From contig CAXBYW010000005.1 in assembly GCA_963980225.1 (NCBI GenBank), forward strand, positions 1,235 through 65,234: DNA of 64,000 bases. Reading direction: 5' to 3'. Shown here in pieces: positions 46,159 to 56,669 of the stretch; position 1 is the stretch's first letter; every line of letters starts with the position of its first letter. This stretch comes from an uncultured bacterium (GTDB lineage Bacteria; Patescibacteriota; Microgenomatia; UBA1400; MFAQ01). The notes beneath the pieces are model-generated. The model was not told the origin of the DNA. It did no database searches and saw nothing but the letters and a program-made list of their open reading frames with translations. Made by a program: the position numbers and the translations under genes.

Positions 46159-47451
46159 ATGCTTGACATCAATTTTATAAAAGACAATCAAAAAATAGTA
46201 GAAAAAGCCTGTACTAACAAAGGATTAAACCCTAATGTGGTAACTAACCTGCTGGAGATAGACGTAAAGCGTCGTGAGCTCATGGGTGCTGTTCAGGGTC
46301 TACGTGCCAAAAGAAATACCCTAAACGAGTCTTTAAAAAAAGAAAGAACTGATGATTTACTCTCACAAGCAGCCGAACAAAAAAAGGACCTACAAAACAT
46401 AGAGCCCCAACTCAGGCAAGTCGAAGCTGAGTTTGGGGCACTTATGTTACAAATTCCCAACGTTCCTTTAGAAGATGTGCCGGTTGGTAAGGACGAATCT
46501 GGCAACAAAAAATTAAAAGACTGGGGTAAGAAACCAAAGTTTGATTTTGAACCAAAAGATCACATAGAACTTGGCACAAGTCTTGATATCTTAGATCTAG
46601 ACAGAGGTTCGAAGGTGGCTGGTTTCAGAGGCTACTATCTTAAAAATGACGGTGTCTTAATGCAAAATGCTCTTATGCAGTTTTCCTTAAAAAAATTCAT
46701 TGAAAAAGGTTTCACTCCAGTGATTCCTCCAGTAATTAATCGTCGTTCAGCTTTTGTTAATTCCGGTCACTTTCCTTGGGGTGAGTCTGAAGCATATAAG
46801 CTAGCTGAAGACGAAACCGATCCAGAAAACGACTATTTTTTAGCCGGCACAGCAGAAGTTCCCTTGGTTTCCATGTATGCTGGTGAAACCTTAAAAGAAA
46901 AAGATCTCCCTATAAAAATGGTAGGTTATTCACCCTGTTACAGGAGAGAAATAGGTAGTTATGGTAAAGATACTAAAGGTTTCTATAGAGTCCATGAGTT
47001 TACTAAGATAGAACAAGTAGTTCTTTGTAAAAATGATCTAGAAGTATCCAAAAAGTGGCATGAAAAAATGCTAGAGTTCTCAGAGGAGATTCTTCAAGAG
47101 TTAGGTCTTCATTATCAGGTCTTACTTATGTGTACCGGTGATATGGGAGAACCCCAGGCAAAAAAATATGACCTAGAAGCCTGGATGCCTGGAAGAGATG
47201 ATTATGGAGAAACTGGTTCAGACTCTATAATGACCGACTTCCAGTCTCGTCGAGCCAACATAAAGTATGTGGCCAGTAATGGCGAAACCAAGTTCGTCCA
47301 CATGCTAAATAACACAGCCTTACCTTCCGTTAGGGTGCTCATAGCTATTTGGGAAACATATCAGCAGAAAGACGGTTCAATCAAAATCCCTCCTGTTTTA
47401 GTGCCTTACATGGGTAAAGAAGTAATCACCAGTGAAAAAAAAGATAAGTAA
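46159..47451 (+). CDS. serS: Serine--tRNA ligase
   Basis: GTAEVPL, YRRE, RVHEFTK, DFQSRR. Confidence 0.97.
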   Translation: MLDINFIKDNQKIVEKACTNKGLNPNVVTNLLEIDVKRRELMGAVQGLRAKRNTLNESLKKERTDDLLSQAAEQKKDLQNIEPQLRQVEAEFGALMLQIPNVPLEDVPVGKDESGNKKLKDWGKKPKFDFEPKDHIELGTSLDILDLDRGSKVAGFRGYYLKNDGVLMQNALMQFSLKKFIEKGFTPVIPPVINRRSAFVNSGHFPWGESEAYKLAEDETDPENDYFLAGTAEVPLVSMYAGETLKEKDLPIKMVGYSPCYRREIGSYGKDTKGFYRVHEFTKIEQVVLCKNDLEVSKKWHEKMLEFSEEILQELGLHYQVLLMCTGDMGEPQAKKYDLEAWMPGRDDYGETGSDSIMTDFQSRRANIKYVASNGETKFVHMLNNTALPSVRVLIAIWETYQQKDGSIKIPPVLVPYMGKEVITSEKKDK

Positions 47452-48472
47452 AGTTTTTCCTTTATTTCTGTTTGTTGCCAGTTTAGTTGGTGTACTTTAT
47501 CTTTTATTTTTTCTTTTTTCGCCAGACTTAATTTCTCCAAAAAGTTCTCACTCACTTGATCTCACCTCAAGAGTTCAGCAGAAAATTTCCAAGATCCAGA
47601 CTCTAAATGACTCCGACGCAGAAATCTTACAAGGTTTGGACAATATCCCTCGCTATCTTGCCTACAACCAAGAAACAAATTTGGTCTACTCAGGTAAAAA
47701 CCAAAAAGATTCATTCTCTCCCGCATCATTTACCAAACTACTTACCACCCAGGTTGCCTTAGATCTGGTTGCTCCAGAACAATATCTAACGGCTAGTGTA
47801 AAAAGCGTCGACAAAGTCCCCACCATACTAGGAATGTCACCAGGAGAACAATTACAAGTAACAGATCTAGTAAGAGCTTCTATTGCTACTTCTGCAAATG
47901 ATGCTGCTGAAACTCTAGCTCGAGGCATATCCTCACTTTATGGTATGTCTTCCGATGAATTCATTAACTTAATGAATAAGAAATCCCAAAGTTTAGGTAT
48001 GATAAATAGCCGATTCGCCAATCCAGATGGCCTAGATGATCAAAATCAGTACTCAACTTTAGAAGATATCACAAAACTTATCCACAATGCACAACAAAAT
48101 TACCCAGAAATACTAAAGAGTGCCGCTTCAGATAACCAAGATATAGAAAAGACCGAGGTTCACAAGCACTACTATCTACCAAATTGGAATGGTTTACTTG
48201 ATGTTTATCCGGGTGTAACTGGCCTAAAAATTGCCTACACAGAAGAAGCTGGTTACTCTACTATCGTCACTGCCACAAGGGAAGATACCAGTATTGTAGT
48301 CATTGTTTCTGGCGCAGAGTCTTTTATCGAAAGAGACCTGGCCGCTGTCGCACTATTAGATCATGCCTTTACCAAGGAAAATATAGTCCCTGCCAAAACT
48401 ACCAGCTCTCAAATCAAAAAACGCTACCAGCAATGGGCAGATCTGGCTACTAAAATAAAAAACGAAAACTAA
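47432..48472 (+). CDS. D-alanyl-D-alanine carboxypeptidase (S11), second copy
   Basis: ASFTK, SAN, FANPDGL; KIAY in place of KTG. Confidence 0.88.
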   Translation: MKKKISKVFPLFLFVASLVGVLYLLFFLFSPDLISPKSSHSLDLTSRVQQKISKIQTLNDSDAEILQGLDNIPRYLAYNQETNLVYSGKNQKDSFSPASFTKLLTTQVALDLVAPEQYLTASVKSVDKVPTILGMSPGEQLQVTDLVRASIATSANDAAETLARGISSLYGMSSDEFINLMNKKSQSLGMINSRFANPDGLDDQNQYSTLEDITKLIHNAQQNYPEILKSAASDNQDIEKTEVHKHYYLPNWNGLLDVYPGVTGLKIAYTEEAGYSTIVTATREDTSIVVIVSGAESFIERDLAAVALLDHAFTKENIVPAKTTSSQIKKRYQQWADLATKIKNEN

Positions 48473-48473
48473 C

Positions 48474-49097
48474 ATGTCCGTAAAATCATATTTTAATCCA
48501 GAAGTAATTAAGACCTTTAAATCCAAATTCAATACTAATATTCAGTTAGTTAATTTCTCCGGTCAATTGAGACTAGATATGGGAAATCTAACTCAATCAG
48601 GTCAGGTAATAGAAAAGATCTGGAGTAAGGCGTTTAAAAATCTTATAAATTCATCTTTTAAACCAAAAAGAGTTTTGATTTTAGGTTTCGGTGCAGGCTC
48701 TGTTGCCAAGGTAATAAGAAAAAAATGGTCGAAGGTTAAGATAACCGGGGTGGAAATAGATCCTATGGTCATAAAAATAGCCAAAGAATACTTTAAAGTA
48801 GACGAGATTCCTAATTTACAAATAATAAATAAGGACGCCGAAGTCTTTATTAAAGAAACAAAAAAGAAGTTTGACTTGGTCTTGGTGGATTGTTATCAAG
48901 GCTACAAAATCCCCCAGATTTTTGAAAACAAAAAATTCTTAACCTCCTTAAAAAAAATAAGTGAGGTTGTTTTAATCAATCGCCTATTTTGGGACAATCA
49001 CAAACAAAAAACCATCAAGTTTTTGGGGGAGTTAAACAAATCCTTTACTACCTCTACCTGTCGAACTCCATCTAATCTAGTTATCTCAATTTCTTAA
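48474..49097 (+). CDS. Spermidine-synthase-like SAM methyltransferase
   Basis: VLILGFGAGS, GVEIDP, FDLVLVD. Confidence 0.8.
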   Translation: MSVKSYFNPEVIKTFKSKFNTNIQLVNFSGQLRLDMGNLTQSGQVIEKIWSKAFKNLINSSFKPKRVLILGFGAGSVAKVIRKKWSKVKITGVEIDPMVIKIAKEYFKVDEIPNLQIINKDAEVFIKETKKKFDLVLVDCYQGYKIPQIFENKKFLTSLKKISEVVLINRLFWDNHKQKTIKFLGELNKSFTTSTCRTPSNLVISIS

Positions 49098-50220
49098 GCT
49101 CTTCTCTATGTTCCTGTGCTTTGGTAGAGTACCAAATAAGCCATCCTAAAAACTCATCTCTTTCTTCGTTGTTCATAGTTACTTCCTCCCACTCAACTTC
49201 GCCTTTATCGAACCAACGAAAGAAAAACTTAGCTCGTCCTTCAGTCGCATTATTTAAAACACTAGTCTTTACAGGAAAAGCACCACCGCTATGGTTTAAC
49301 CATTTTTTATCCAAAATATAACGAGCAGCAAATCTCTCAGTCATAAATAGAGCCAGCTGAGCTTGCCTTTTTCTAATCTCTTGTTGAAGCTCGCCTTCCG
49401 TCTCTCTGTTTCCGGTCTTTAGGTCTGTTATTTGTACGGTCACTGTTTTCTTTGCTCTTTCTTCTCTAGTTATCCTATCTACCCTGCCCATTATTTGTAA
49501 AAGCTCGGTGTTAACAATAGCTAACACCTCATTAACACTTTCATGTTTCAGTCCATATCCCCACTTACCTTTCTCCCCTTTAAAGTACTGACTGGTCCAA
49601 TGCTCTGCTAAAAGCAACCCCTCCTCGAAAAGCTCATTACTTCCTAAAACATCTGCTTTAAGTAGGGGATTACTAAAACCCATGTCTTGAAACATCGGTA
49701 ATATTTCTTTTTTGTCTCTTTCTTGTTTTTGCCTTATGTTTAAAAATCTTTCCCACGATTCCGCCATGATTGTAAGCAGTCTTTCCTCATCTATATCCTT
49801 CTTCGTCTCCACCCACTCTGTGGCGCCATAATACACATCAAGGGTTTCCTGATTAGCACTTGGTAACCCGCGTTTAATAACTGGCCCAACTGTCCCCTGA
49901 GTTATCAAGTTAAATAGTACGTCTGCACCATGAAGTTCTTGTCCAAAAATAGAGGCTCTCTCCCCTTTCTCCCCGTAATGTTTAGTCTCATCTGGTTTAT
50001 CAACCAATCCTTCTTTCCAGTAAAGGTAAGGTAACCATTTCTCCATTTTTGAGATGTTTGTTCTTACTCTTGTAAACCCTTCAAATTTCCTAAACTCATT
50101 CACAGCGTAAGTAATCTGAGGTTTAACATCTTCTGTTAATGTTTTTTCCAGATGAGGTTCCAAGACACTAAATCTTGTTTGCTGATCTCCCTTTTTTACC
50201 CTATCATCTATTTCTAGCAT
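49081..50220 (-). CDS. PD-(D/E)xK nuclease-like protein
   Basis: IMGRVDRI...ITDLKTG...AQLALF. Confidence 0.7.
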   Translation of the reverse strand: MLEIDDRVKKGDQQTRFSVLEPHLEKTLTEDVKPQITYAVNEFRKFEGFTRVRTNISKMEKWLPYLYWKEGLVDKPDETKHYGEKGERASIFGQELHGADVLFNLITQGTVGPVIKRGLPSANQETLDVYYGATEWVETKKDIDEERLLTIMAESWERFLNIRQKQERDKKEILPMFQDMGFSNPLLKADVLGSNELFEEGLLLAEHWTSQYFKGEKGKWGYGLKHESVNEVLAIVNTELLQIMGRVDRITREERAKKTVTVQITDLKTGNRETEGELQQEIRKRQAQLALFMTERFAARYILDKKWLNHSGGAFPVKTSVLNNATEGRAKFFFRWFDKGEVEWEEVTMNNEERDEFLGWLIWYSTKAQEHREELKKLR

Positions 50221-50243
50221 TAAGCAGGTATAATTAGATAATC

Positions 50244-52841
50244 ATGTTTAAAATTTTCAATAACCTTTTTGACGGTAATCAAAAACAGCTAGATCAATTT
50301 AAGGCAGCTGTTGCCACGATAAATGATCTAGAGATCAAAGTCAAGAAACTAAAGGACAACCAAATCAAGACGGAAGTTAATAAGTTTAAAAAACAACTTT
50401 CTCAAGGAAAAACGCTAGATGACATCCTGCCAGACATCTACGCCTTGGTTCGTGAGGCAACTCAAAGAACCACGGGTATGCGTGCTTTTGACGTTCAGTT
50501 AATGGCCGCCATCGCTTTCCATCAAGGTAAAATTGCCGAGCAAAAAACAGGAGAAGGTAAAACACTCTCTGCTGTCTTCGCTATTGCCCTAAACGCTCTT
50601 ACTGGTCGAGGAGTTCACTTAATTACAGTTAACGACTATCTAGCCCAAAGAGACGCAGGTTGGATGGCTCCAACATTTGATCTGCTGGGCCTTTCTGTCG
50701 GTGTAATCTATTCTGGTAAAGGCGATCAACCAGCTTCCATTTACGACCCAAAATATGAGGACAAGACTCACCATGATAAAAGACTCCATAATCTAAAACC
50801 TTGCTCTAGACGTGAAGCTTACCAGGCAGACATAACTTATGGAACTAATAACGAGTTCGGTTTTGACTACTTGCGAGACAATATGGCTAGAGACCTGAAA
50901 GGTCAAGTTCAACGTGAGAAGCACTTTGCCATAGTAGACGAGGTCGACTCGATTCTAATAGATGAAGCCAGAACTCCATTGATCATCTCTGCACCAGACA
51001 CCGAGCCAACTGAAAAATACTACCAATTTACCGAAGTTGTGAAGTCGCTTTCAAAAGATACAGATTATGATCTAGACGAAAAGCAGAGAACCGTTAACTT
51101 AACCGACCATGGTCTAAAAAAAGTAGAAAAGATTCTCAAAGTAGACAACTTGTACGAGCAAGACTATCAGACTCTACATCACATAGAGCAGGCTTTAAAG
51201 TCGAGAACTCTATTCACCAAAGACAAGGACTATGTAGTAAAAGACGACTCGATCATCATAGTAGACGAGCACACCGGTAGATTAATGTACGGTAGGCGTT
51301 ACTCAGATGGACTTCACCAATCTATAGAAGCCAAAGAGGGTGTAAAAATTCAACAAGAATCAAAAACACTTGCCACAATCTCACTACAAAACTATTTTAG
51401 GATGTATGAAAAACTAGCTGGTATGACCGGTACAGCTGTTACAGAGAAACAAGAGTTCAAAAAAATATATGACCTAGAAGTAGTGGTCATTCCCACTAAC
51501 AGGCCGGTAAAGAGACTAGACAATCAAGACATCGTCTATAAAACTCAAAGGGCTAAGTACTCAAAGATCGTTGAGGAGATAACAGAGAGAAATAAAAAAG
51601 GCCAACCTATCTTAATTGGTACTAAATCCATAGACCAAAACCAAATACTGACTCAGTTCTTAAAAAAGAAAAGAATAAAACATAAGGTTCTAAATGCAAA
51701 AAATCACGAAAGCGAAGCCGAAATTATCTCTCAAGCAGGAGCACCAGGAGCAGTTACCGTCGCTACCAACATCGCTGGTAGGGGAGTAGATATTGTCTTG
51801 GGAGGAGATCCATCAGACAAGACAAAAGCCGAATGGCAAAAGGAGCATGAAAAAGTAAAAGAGCTAGGTGGTCTTCACATTATTGGTGCTGTTAGACATG
51901 AATCCAGACGAATCGATAATCAGTTCAGAGGTAGATCTGGTCGTCAGGGTGATCCAGGGTCATCTCGTTTCTTTGTTTCCTTAGAGGATGATATTATGCG
52001 CATTTTTGGTGGTGATAGAGTCTCAAAGTTAATGGATCTACTTAAAGTTCCAGAGGACCAGCCTTTAGAGGCTGGAATGGTTTCTAAGGCCATAGAAACA
52101 GCTCAAGCCAAAGTAGAAGCCCACCACTTTGATCAAAGAAAAAATGTAGTAGAGTACGATGGAGTTTTAAATAAGCACAGGGAAGTTTTCTATAAAAAAC
52201 GCCAGCAAATTTTAGAAAAAATAAATGACACGGATGGTCTAAAAGAAGAAACTGACCAACTTCTAACTCAGGAAATAGACAATCTTCTTGCCAGTTACGC
52301 TGACAAACTAACCAAAGAAGACGCAGATCACTTAATAAAAGAATTTCAGTCAGTCTTACCTCTTCATCCTCAATCAGCCGACCCATTAGAAAAAAGATTA
52401 GTGGGTCAAACACCAGAAGAGATAGTTACATTATTTAACAAAATAGTAACTGATGCGAGAAAAGAACAAGAACTAGTTTTGGGTAAAGAAACAACTAGGG
52501 AAGCAGAAAAATTTGTTCAACTAGGAACTTACGATGAGCTTTGGATGCAACACCTGGATTCCTTAGACTCCTTAAGAGACGGCATAGGTCTAAGGGGTTA
52601 TGCCCAAAAAGATCCAGTGGTAGAGTACAAAAAAGAAGCATATTCTTTATTTGAAGCTCTCTTAGGAAAAATTGACAGTCAGGTTGTAAGAAGAATTTTT
52701 AGAATTCAAGCCAAACCCATCACTCCTCCAGTTCAACCAATCCAAGTTGATTCCACACCTAAAAAACTTGGTAGAAATAACCCTTGTTGGTGTGGTTCTG
52801 GTAAAAAATGGAAGACATGCCACTACCCTGCTTTACGATGA
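50244..52841 (+). CDS. secA: Preprotein translocase ATPase SecA
   Basis: KTGEGKT, DEVDSILIDEARTPLIIS, SEC-C zinc motif. Confidence 0.98.
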   Translation: MFKIFNNLFDGNQKQLDQFKAAVATINDLEIKVKKLKDNQIKTEVNKFKKQLSQGKTLDDILPDIYALVREATQRTTGMRAFDVQLMAAIAFHQGKIAEQKTGEGKTLSAVFAIALNALTGRGVHLITVNDYLAQRDAGWMAPTFDLLGLSVGVIYSGKGDQPASIYDPKYEDKTHHDKRLHNLKPCSRREAYQADITYGTNNEFGFDYLRDNMARDLKGQVQREKHFAIVDEVDSILIDEARTPLIISAPDTEPTEKYYQFTEVVKSLSKDTDYDLDEKQRTVNLTDHGLKKVEKILKVDNLYEQDYQTLHHIEQALKSRTLFTKDKDYVVKDDSIIIVDEHTGRLMYGRRYSDGLHQSIEAKEGVKIQQESKTLATISLQNYFRMYEKLAGMTGTAVTEKQEFKKIYDLEVVVIPTNRPVKRLDNQDIVYKTQRAKYSKIVEEITERNKKGQPILIGTKSIDQNQILTQFLKKKRIKHKVLNAKNHESEAEIISQAGAPGAVTVATNIAGRGVDIVLGGDPSDKTKAEWQKEHEKVKELGGLHIIGAVRHESRRIDNQFRGRSGRQGDPGSSRFFVSLEDDIMRIFGGDRVSKLMDLLKVPEDQPLEAGMVSKAIETAQAKVEAHHFDQRKNVVEYDGVLNKHREVFYKKRQQILEKINDTDGLKEETDQLLTQEIDNLLASYADKLTKEDADHLIKEFQSVLPLHPQSADPLEKRLVGQTPEEIVTLFNKIVTDARKEQELVLGKETTREAEKFVQLGTYDELWMQHLDSLDSLRDGIGLRGYAQKDPVVEYKKEAYSLFEALLGKIDSQVVRRIFRIQAKPITPPVQPIQVDSTPKKLGRNNPCWCGSGKKWKTCHYPALR

Positions 52842-52936
52842 TGATCTGTCGATAGTTTAAAAAAACGAAAGACCCATATTGACAAAAGCATGGGTGTTCA
52901 TGCACAATGGAGACCAGTTAAAAAAGAAAAAAAATT

Positions 52937-53746
52937 ATGGACACTACTGCAAAAAAGAATAACACCGTTACCAAAGATAAAGATGAGTTAGAAACAAAAC
53001 CAGTAGAAGACTCAATAGAGGAGCCTAATGAAGAAATAAAAGAAGAGGATGATAAATTTGAAGAAACCAAAGAGATTAAAGAAGAAAATGAGTCTGAAGA
53101 GCCAAAAGAAGAAATAGAGCCAGAACCCAAAGATCAGCCAGACGACAATGAAACCATAGATGAAGAACTGGGAACAGAACCAGAACAAGAAGAAACGAAA
53201 GACCCAACTATTCCTACCCCAATCATTCCTGAAGGTACTTTAGACCAAGTCTTAGAAGTAAAGGAAGACAAACCTAAATCTAACAAAGGATTACTTGGTG
53301 CTCTGGCAATTACCTTAGTTGTAGGCGGTTCTTTAACTGGTGGTATCATCTATTCCAGATCAGCCACTAACAATCAAGATATTCGTTCAAAAGCCGCTGA
53401 AACTCCAGAGATCACAGCCACTGCTACACCCACAGCCACCCCTACTCCCGAAGAGATTGATTTTTCGGAATACAGTATAGAAATCCAAAATGGATCGGGT
53501 ACTGCTGGTCAAGCAGGTGTAGTAAACGAAATCCTACAAGCCCAAGATTTCAGCGAGGCAGACACTACTAACGCCGATTCTTATGATTATGAAGATACAG
53601 AAGTACAAATGAAGGAGGGCACTCCTAAGTCTGTCTATAATGCAATAGAAAAAGCTTTAACTGATGACTATCAAGTGATCGAAGGGGAGGCGTTAGACGC
53701 AGACTCCCTATTTGACATCGTAGTTATTGTGGGAGCAAAAAGATAA
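52937..53746 (+). CDS. Acidic N-terminus, TM and LytR_C domain protein
   Basis: IEIQNGSGTAGQA, TNADSYDYEDT, DIVVIVG. Confidence 0.8.
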   Translation: MDTTAKKNNTVTKDKDELETKPVEDSIEEPNEEIKEEDDKFEETKEIKEENESEEPKEEIEPEPKDQPDDNETIDEELGTEPEQEETKDPTIPTPIIPEGTLDQVLEVKEDKPKSNKGLLGALAITLVVGGSLTGGIIYSRSATNNQDIRSKAAETPEITATATPTATPTPEEIDFSEYSIEIQNGSGTAGQAGVVNEILQAQDFSEADTTNADSYDYEDTEVQMKEGTPKSVYNAIEKALTDDYQVIEGEALDADSLFDIVVIVGAKR

Positions 53747-53889
53747 GTAGAAACATATATAACACCTAATCAACTATCAACTCAGATGACACAGGGAGCT
53801 CAATAGTAATAAACGTTTCCCGCTAGGAATCCTTGACAACCACTCATCCCACCTCTAATATGGATATATTGCCAATTAATTAAAATAAA

Positions 53890-54261
53890 ATGGACGATAC
53901 AACAAAAAGCGCCCCTCCAGCAGGAAATATTGATCTAAATATGGATCCAGCTCTAACAACCCCTGCTGACCCAGTTACTACCCCTCCACCAGTATCAGAC
54001 AACTTACCTCCACTAACTCCCCCTGCAACCCCTGCTGACCCAGTGATTCCAACTCCAGTGGCAGTTCCTCCAGCTCCAGTAATTCCAGTGATTCCAACTC
54101 CAAGTGACACCCCTGCAGTTCCTCCAATGGGAACTCCAAGTGACACCCCTGCAGTTCCTCCAATGGGAACTCCAAGTGATACTCCTGCAGTTCCTCCAAT
54201 GGAAACTCCAAAAAAGACTCCTTTGGCAGAAGACCCAGACAAGGTAAACCCTTCTCTTTAA
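53890..54261 (+). CDS. Proline-rich low-complexity protein
   Basis: TTGACA-17-TAATAT upstream; in-frame 36-bp repeats. Confidence 0.65.
   Translation: MDDTTKSAPPAGNIDLNMDPALTTPADPVTTPPPVSDNLPPLTPPATPADPVIPTPVAVPPAPVIPVIPTPSDTPAVPPMGTPSDTPAVPPMGTPSDTPAVPPMETPKKTPLAEDPDKVNPSL
54097..54211 (+). repeat. Coding tandem repeat, 36 bp x about 3.2 (TPSDTPAVPPMG)
   Basis: Head-to-tail ACTCCAAGTGACACCCCTGCAGTTCCTCCAATGGGA units. Confidence 0.9.
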
Positions 54262-54266
54262 GGTAA

Positions 54267-54608
54267 ATGGCCCAAATCATTTTAACGAATCATGTAAAGA
54301 AAAGAGCTTTAGAGCGTGGTGTGTCTCTACAAGATCTAGACAAGGTAGTTCGTTTTCCTGATAGTGTTACCCAAAGTAAAAACAACTCTTCCAAAAAACA
54401 CACCAAAAACTTTGGATCATATCAAATAGTAGTTCCTATTAAACGCCAGGGAAACAACTGGGTCACCGTATCAGCTTGGAAAAAACCAGTTTACTCAAGC
54501 AACAGATATAAAGATAAAAAACTTCCAAAACAGCTCTTTTTAGAGAGAATAATAAATAACGGCTTACTCAAGTTGGAGAAGGTCTTTAGTCGAAGATCTA
54601 ATAGATAG
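54267..54608 (+). CDS. DUF4258-like protein
   Basis: ILTNHVKKRALERGVS...WVTVSAW. Confidence 0.7.
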   Translation: MAQIILTNHVKKRALERGVSLQDLDKVVRFPDSVTQSKNNSSKKHTKNFGSYQIVVPIKRQGNNWVTVSAWKKPVYSSNRYKDKKLPKQLFLERIINNGLLKLEKVFSRRSNR

Positions 54609-54863
54609 ATATTCATCACATCTTAGTGAAGCAAACAATCCTTCACGTTTTTCATTTTTACACTCGCTTACAGTAGCAATCCCAAAAAACACTACCACCA
54701 TGAAAGCAATAGAAACTATCGTTGTACCAACAATCCTATACCCAAAAAATTGATCATCCAAAACTAATTGTCTCGCACCACTAACTAAGTTGTAAAACCA
54801 CTCTGAAAAACTAACTAAAAATATTAAAGCAAGAATGATTCCTACAATGACAGGCATATCCAT
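54564..54863 (-). CDS. Small two-TM membrane protein
   Basis: Two hydrophobic segments. Confidence 0.55.
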   Translation of the reverse strand: MDMPVIVGIILALIFLVSFSEWFYNLVSGARQLVLDDQFFGYRIVGTTIVSIAFMVVVFFGIATVSECKNEKREGLFASLRCDEYLSIRSSTKDLLQLE

Positions 54864-54909
54864 AGATAAATCCTATCACATCTAGATCAATTCCTGTTAC
54901 AATGGCCCC

Positions 54910-55581
54910 ATGCTGAAAAAGTCTGTTTTGCTAGTTATCTCTTCCTTAATTCTCTCGGCCTGCACGACCAAAACAATCTCTCCTTTAGTAGAAGAAAATG
55001 TAATAGTTAATAATCAACCAACAGAAAAAATGAGCCAAACAACCACACCAGTAGAAAGTAAATCTATCTCAGTTACTATTAACACCAGTCTAGGTGAAAT
55101 GACCTTAGAACTCTTCCCAGACAAAGCTCCCCTAACTGTCGAGAACTTTGTCGGTTTAGCTACCGGAACAAAAGAATGGACAGATCCAAAAACCGGTGAG
55201 AAAACTAAAACCCCCCTATATCAAAACCTCATCTTCCATAGAATCATAGCTGACTTCATGGTCCAAGGTGGTGACCCATTGGGGAATGGTACGGGTGGAC
55301 CAGGTTACTCATTCAAGGATGAGTTTGACTCTAGTTTGACGTTTGATAAACCAGGTATCCTAGCTATGGCCAACAGTGGTCCCGGAACTAACGGATCCCA
55401 GTTTTTCATTACCTTAGCTCCTACTCCTTGGTTAAATGGTAAGCACACCATCTTCGGTATGGTAACAAAAGGTATGGATGTTTTAGAAAAGATTGGTAGC
55501 GTAGAAGTTGGCATTCAAGACAAGCCAGTAGTAGACGTTGTCATAGAATCAATAAATGTCGTCCCCAACACTCAACCGTAA
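54910..55581 (+). CDS. Cyclophilin-type peptidyl-prolyl isomerase, lipoprotein
   Basis: LSAC lipobox; [27 protein letters not shown]. Confidence 0.95.
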   Translation: MLKKSVLLVISSLILSACTTKTISPLVEENVIVNNQPTEKMSQTTTPVESKSISVTINTSLGEMTLELFPDKAPLTVENFVGLATGTKEWTDPKTGEKTKTPLYQNLIFHRIIADFMVQGGDPLGNGTGGPGYSFKDEFDSSLTFDKPGILAMANSGPGTNGSQFFITLAPTPWLNGKHTIFGMVTKGMDVLEKIGSVEVGIQDKPVVDVVIESINVVPNTQP

Positions 55582-56410
55582 GATAGGTGGTCATGTCTCC
55601 ATCGCTGGAGGCTTAACTAATGCTGTTCAAAACACTTTAGATATTAAAGGTAACTGTATGCAGATCTTTGCCGGTTCTCCCAGAATGTGGCTGAGAACTC
55701 CTTTCCCAGAAGATCAAGTCACAAGTTTTAACCTAAAAGTCAAAGAACAAGATCTCTCCCCCATTTTTATCCACGCTCTTTACCTGGTCAATCTAGCTTC
55801 AGACAACCCTGAGCTACTAGAAAAATCCTACCAAGCCTTACTAATGGACTTACAAAATGGACAAAGGATTAACTCGGCTGGTGTCATCGTCCACATCGGC
55901 TCCCACCAGGGTAGGGGATTTGACTCAGTCAAAGACCAGATTATTAGTCTAGTAAAAAAACTTTTAAAAAACACCAAAGATACCCCCTTTCTTATCGAAA
56001 ACTCCGCCGGTCAAAAAGGCAAGATTGGTTCTCTTGAAGAAATAGAAGCTTTGGTAAAGAGTATAGATGACCCACGAATTAAAGTCTGTCTGGACTCAGC
56101 TCACATGTTCGAGGCGGGTATCGATTTAAGAGAAGCAAAAGTAGTTGAAGATTTAGTAAAAAAACTTGGAACTAAGGGGTTACTAGACCGTTTGGTTTGC
56201 CTACATTTAAATGACTCAAAAACTGTCCTGGGGTCAGGTCACGACAAACATGAGAACATAGGGGAAGGGGAGATAGGTAAGGCTGGCTTGTCAAATCTTG
56301 TTAACCACCCCAAACTAAAACACCTACCTCTACTTCTAGAAGTTCCAGGACAAGACAAAAAAGGTCCAGACCAAAAAAACATACAAACTGTTCACACTCT
56401 AACAAACTAA
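55556..56410 (+). CDS. nfo: Endonuclease IV
   Basis: [43 protein letters not shown]. Confidence 0.95.
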   Translation: MSSPTLNRKIGGHVSIAGGLTNAVQNTLDIKGNCMQIFAGSPRMWLRTPFPEDQVTSFNLKVKEQDLSPIFIHALYLVNLASDNPELLEKSYQALLMDLQNGQRINSAGVIVHIGSHQGRGFDSVKDQIISLVKKLLKNTKDTPFLIENSAGQKGKIGSLEEIEALVKSIDDPRIKVCLDSAHMFEAGIDLREAKVVEDLVKKLGTKGLLDRLVCLHLNDSKTVLGSGHDKHENIGEGEIGKAGLSNLVNHPKLKHLPLLLEVPGQDKKGPDQKNIQTVHTLTN

Positions 56411-56432
56411 GTCTTTTTGTTGCTTAAAAAAC

Positions 56433-56465
56433 AAAAAAACCACCAACGGTATATTGTTGGTGGTT
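56433..56465 (-). terminator. Intrinsic terminator
   Basis: AACCACCAAC-N8-GTTGGTGGTT with an A-run on +. Confidence 0.75.
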
Positions 56466-56486
56466 AGGGGTAGATATTCGTAAAAG

Positions 56487-56639
56487 CTAGTTTTTGAGGT
56501 AGTTGGCAAGGCCAAGAAAAAAGCTTAAAATGCAAAATGTTGCAAGCCCAGCAAAGATATCTGCAGTAGCCATGGCAACAAAATATGAAGCAAGAATCAT
56601 TAATATGATCATGCTTATTAAAATCATTGTTGATAACAT
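56487..56639 (-). CDS. Small two-TM protein (50 aa), absent from the ORF track
   Basis: GGAGG SD; MLSTMILISMIILMILASYFVAMATADIFAGLATFCILSFFLGLANYLKN; own promoter and terminator. Confidence 0.7.
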   Translation of the reverse strand: MLSTMILISMIILMILASYFVAMATADIFAGLATFCILSFFLGLANYLKN

Positions 56640-56669
56640 ACTATTGTCCTCCAAAAGTTAGTCTATTGA

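Noticed and set aside
54097-54211. 36-bp repeats as a CRISPR array
   Set aside because: Units are head-to-tail with no spacers, in frame within a Pro-rich ORF, and there are no cas genes.
53880-54280. Antisense ORFs over the Pro-rich gene, and the many other short antisense ORFs in the track
   Set aside because: Explained by low-complexity or codon-bias shadows of well-supported genes.
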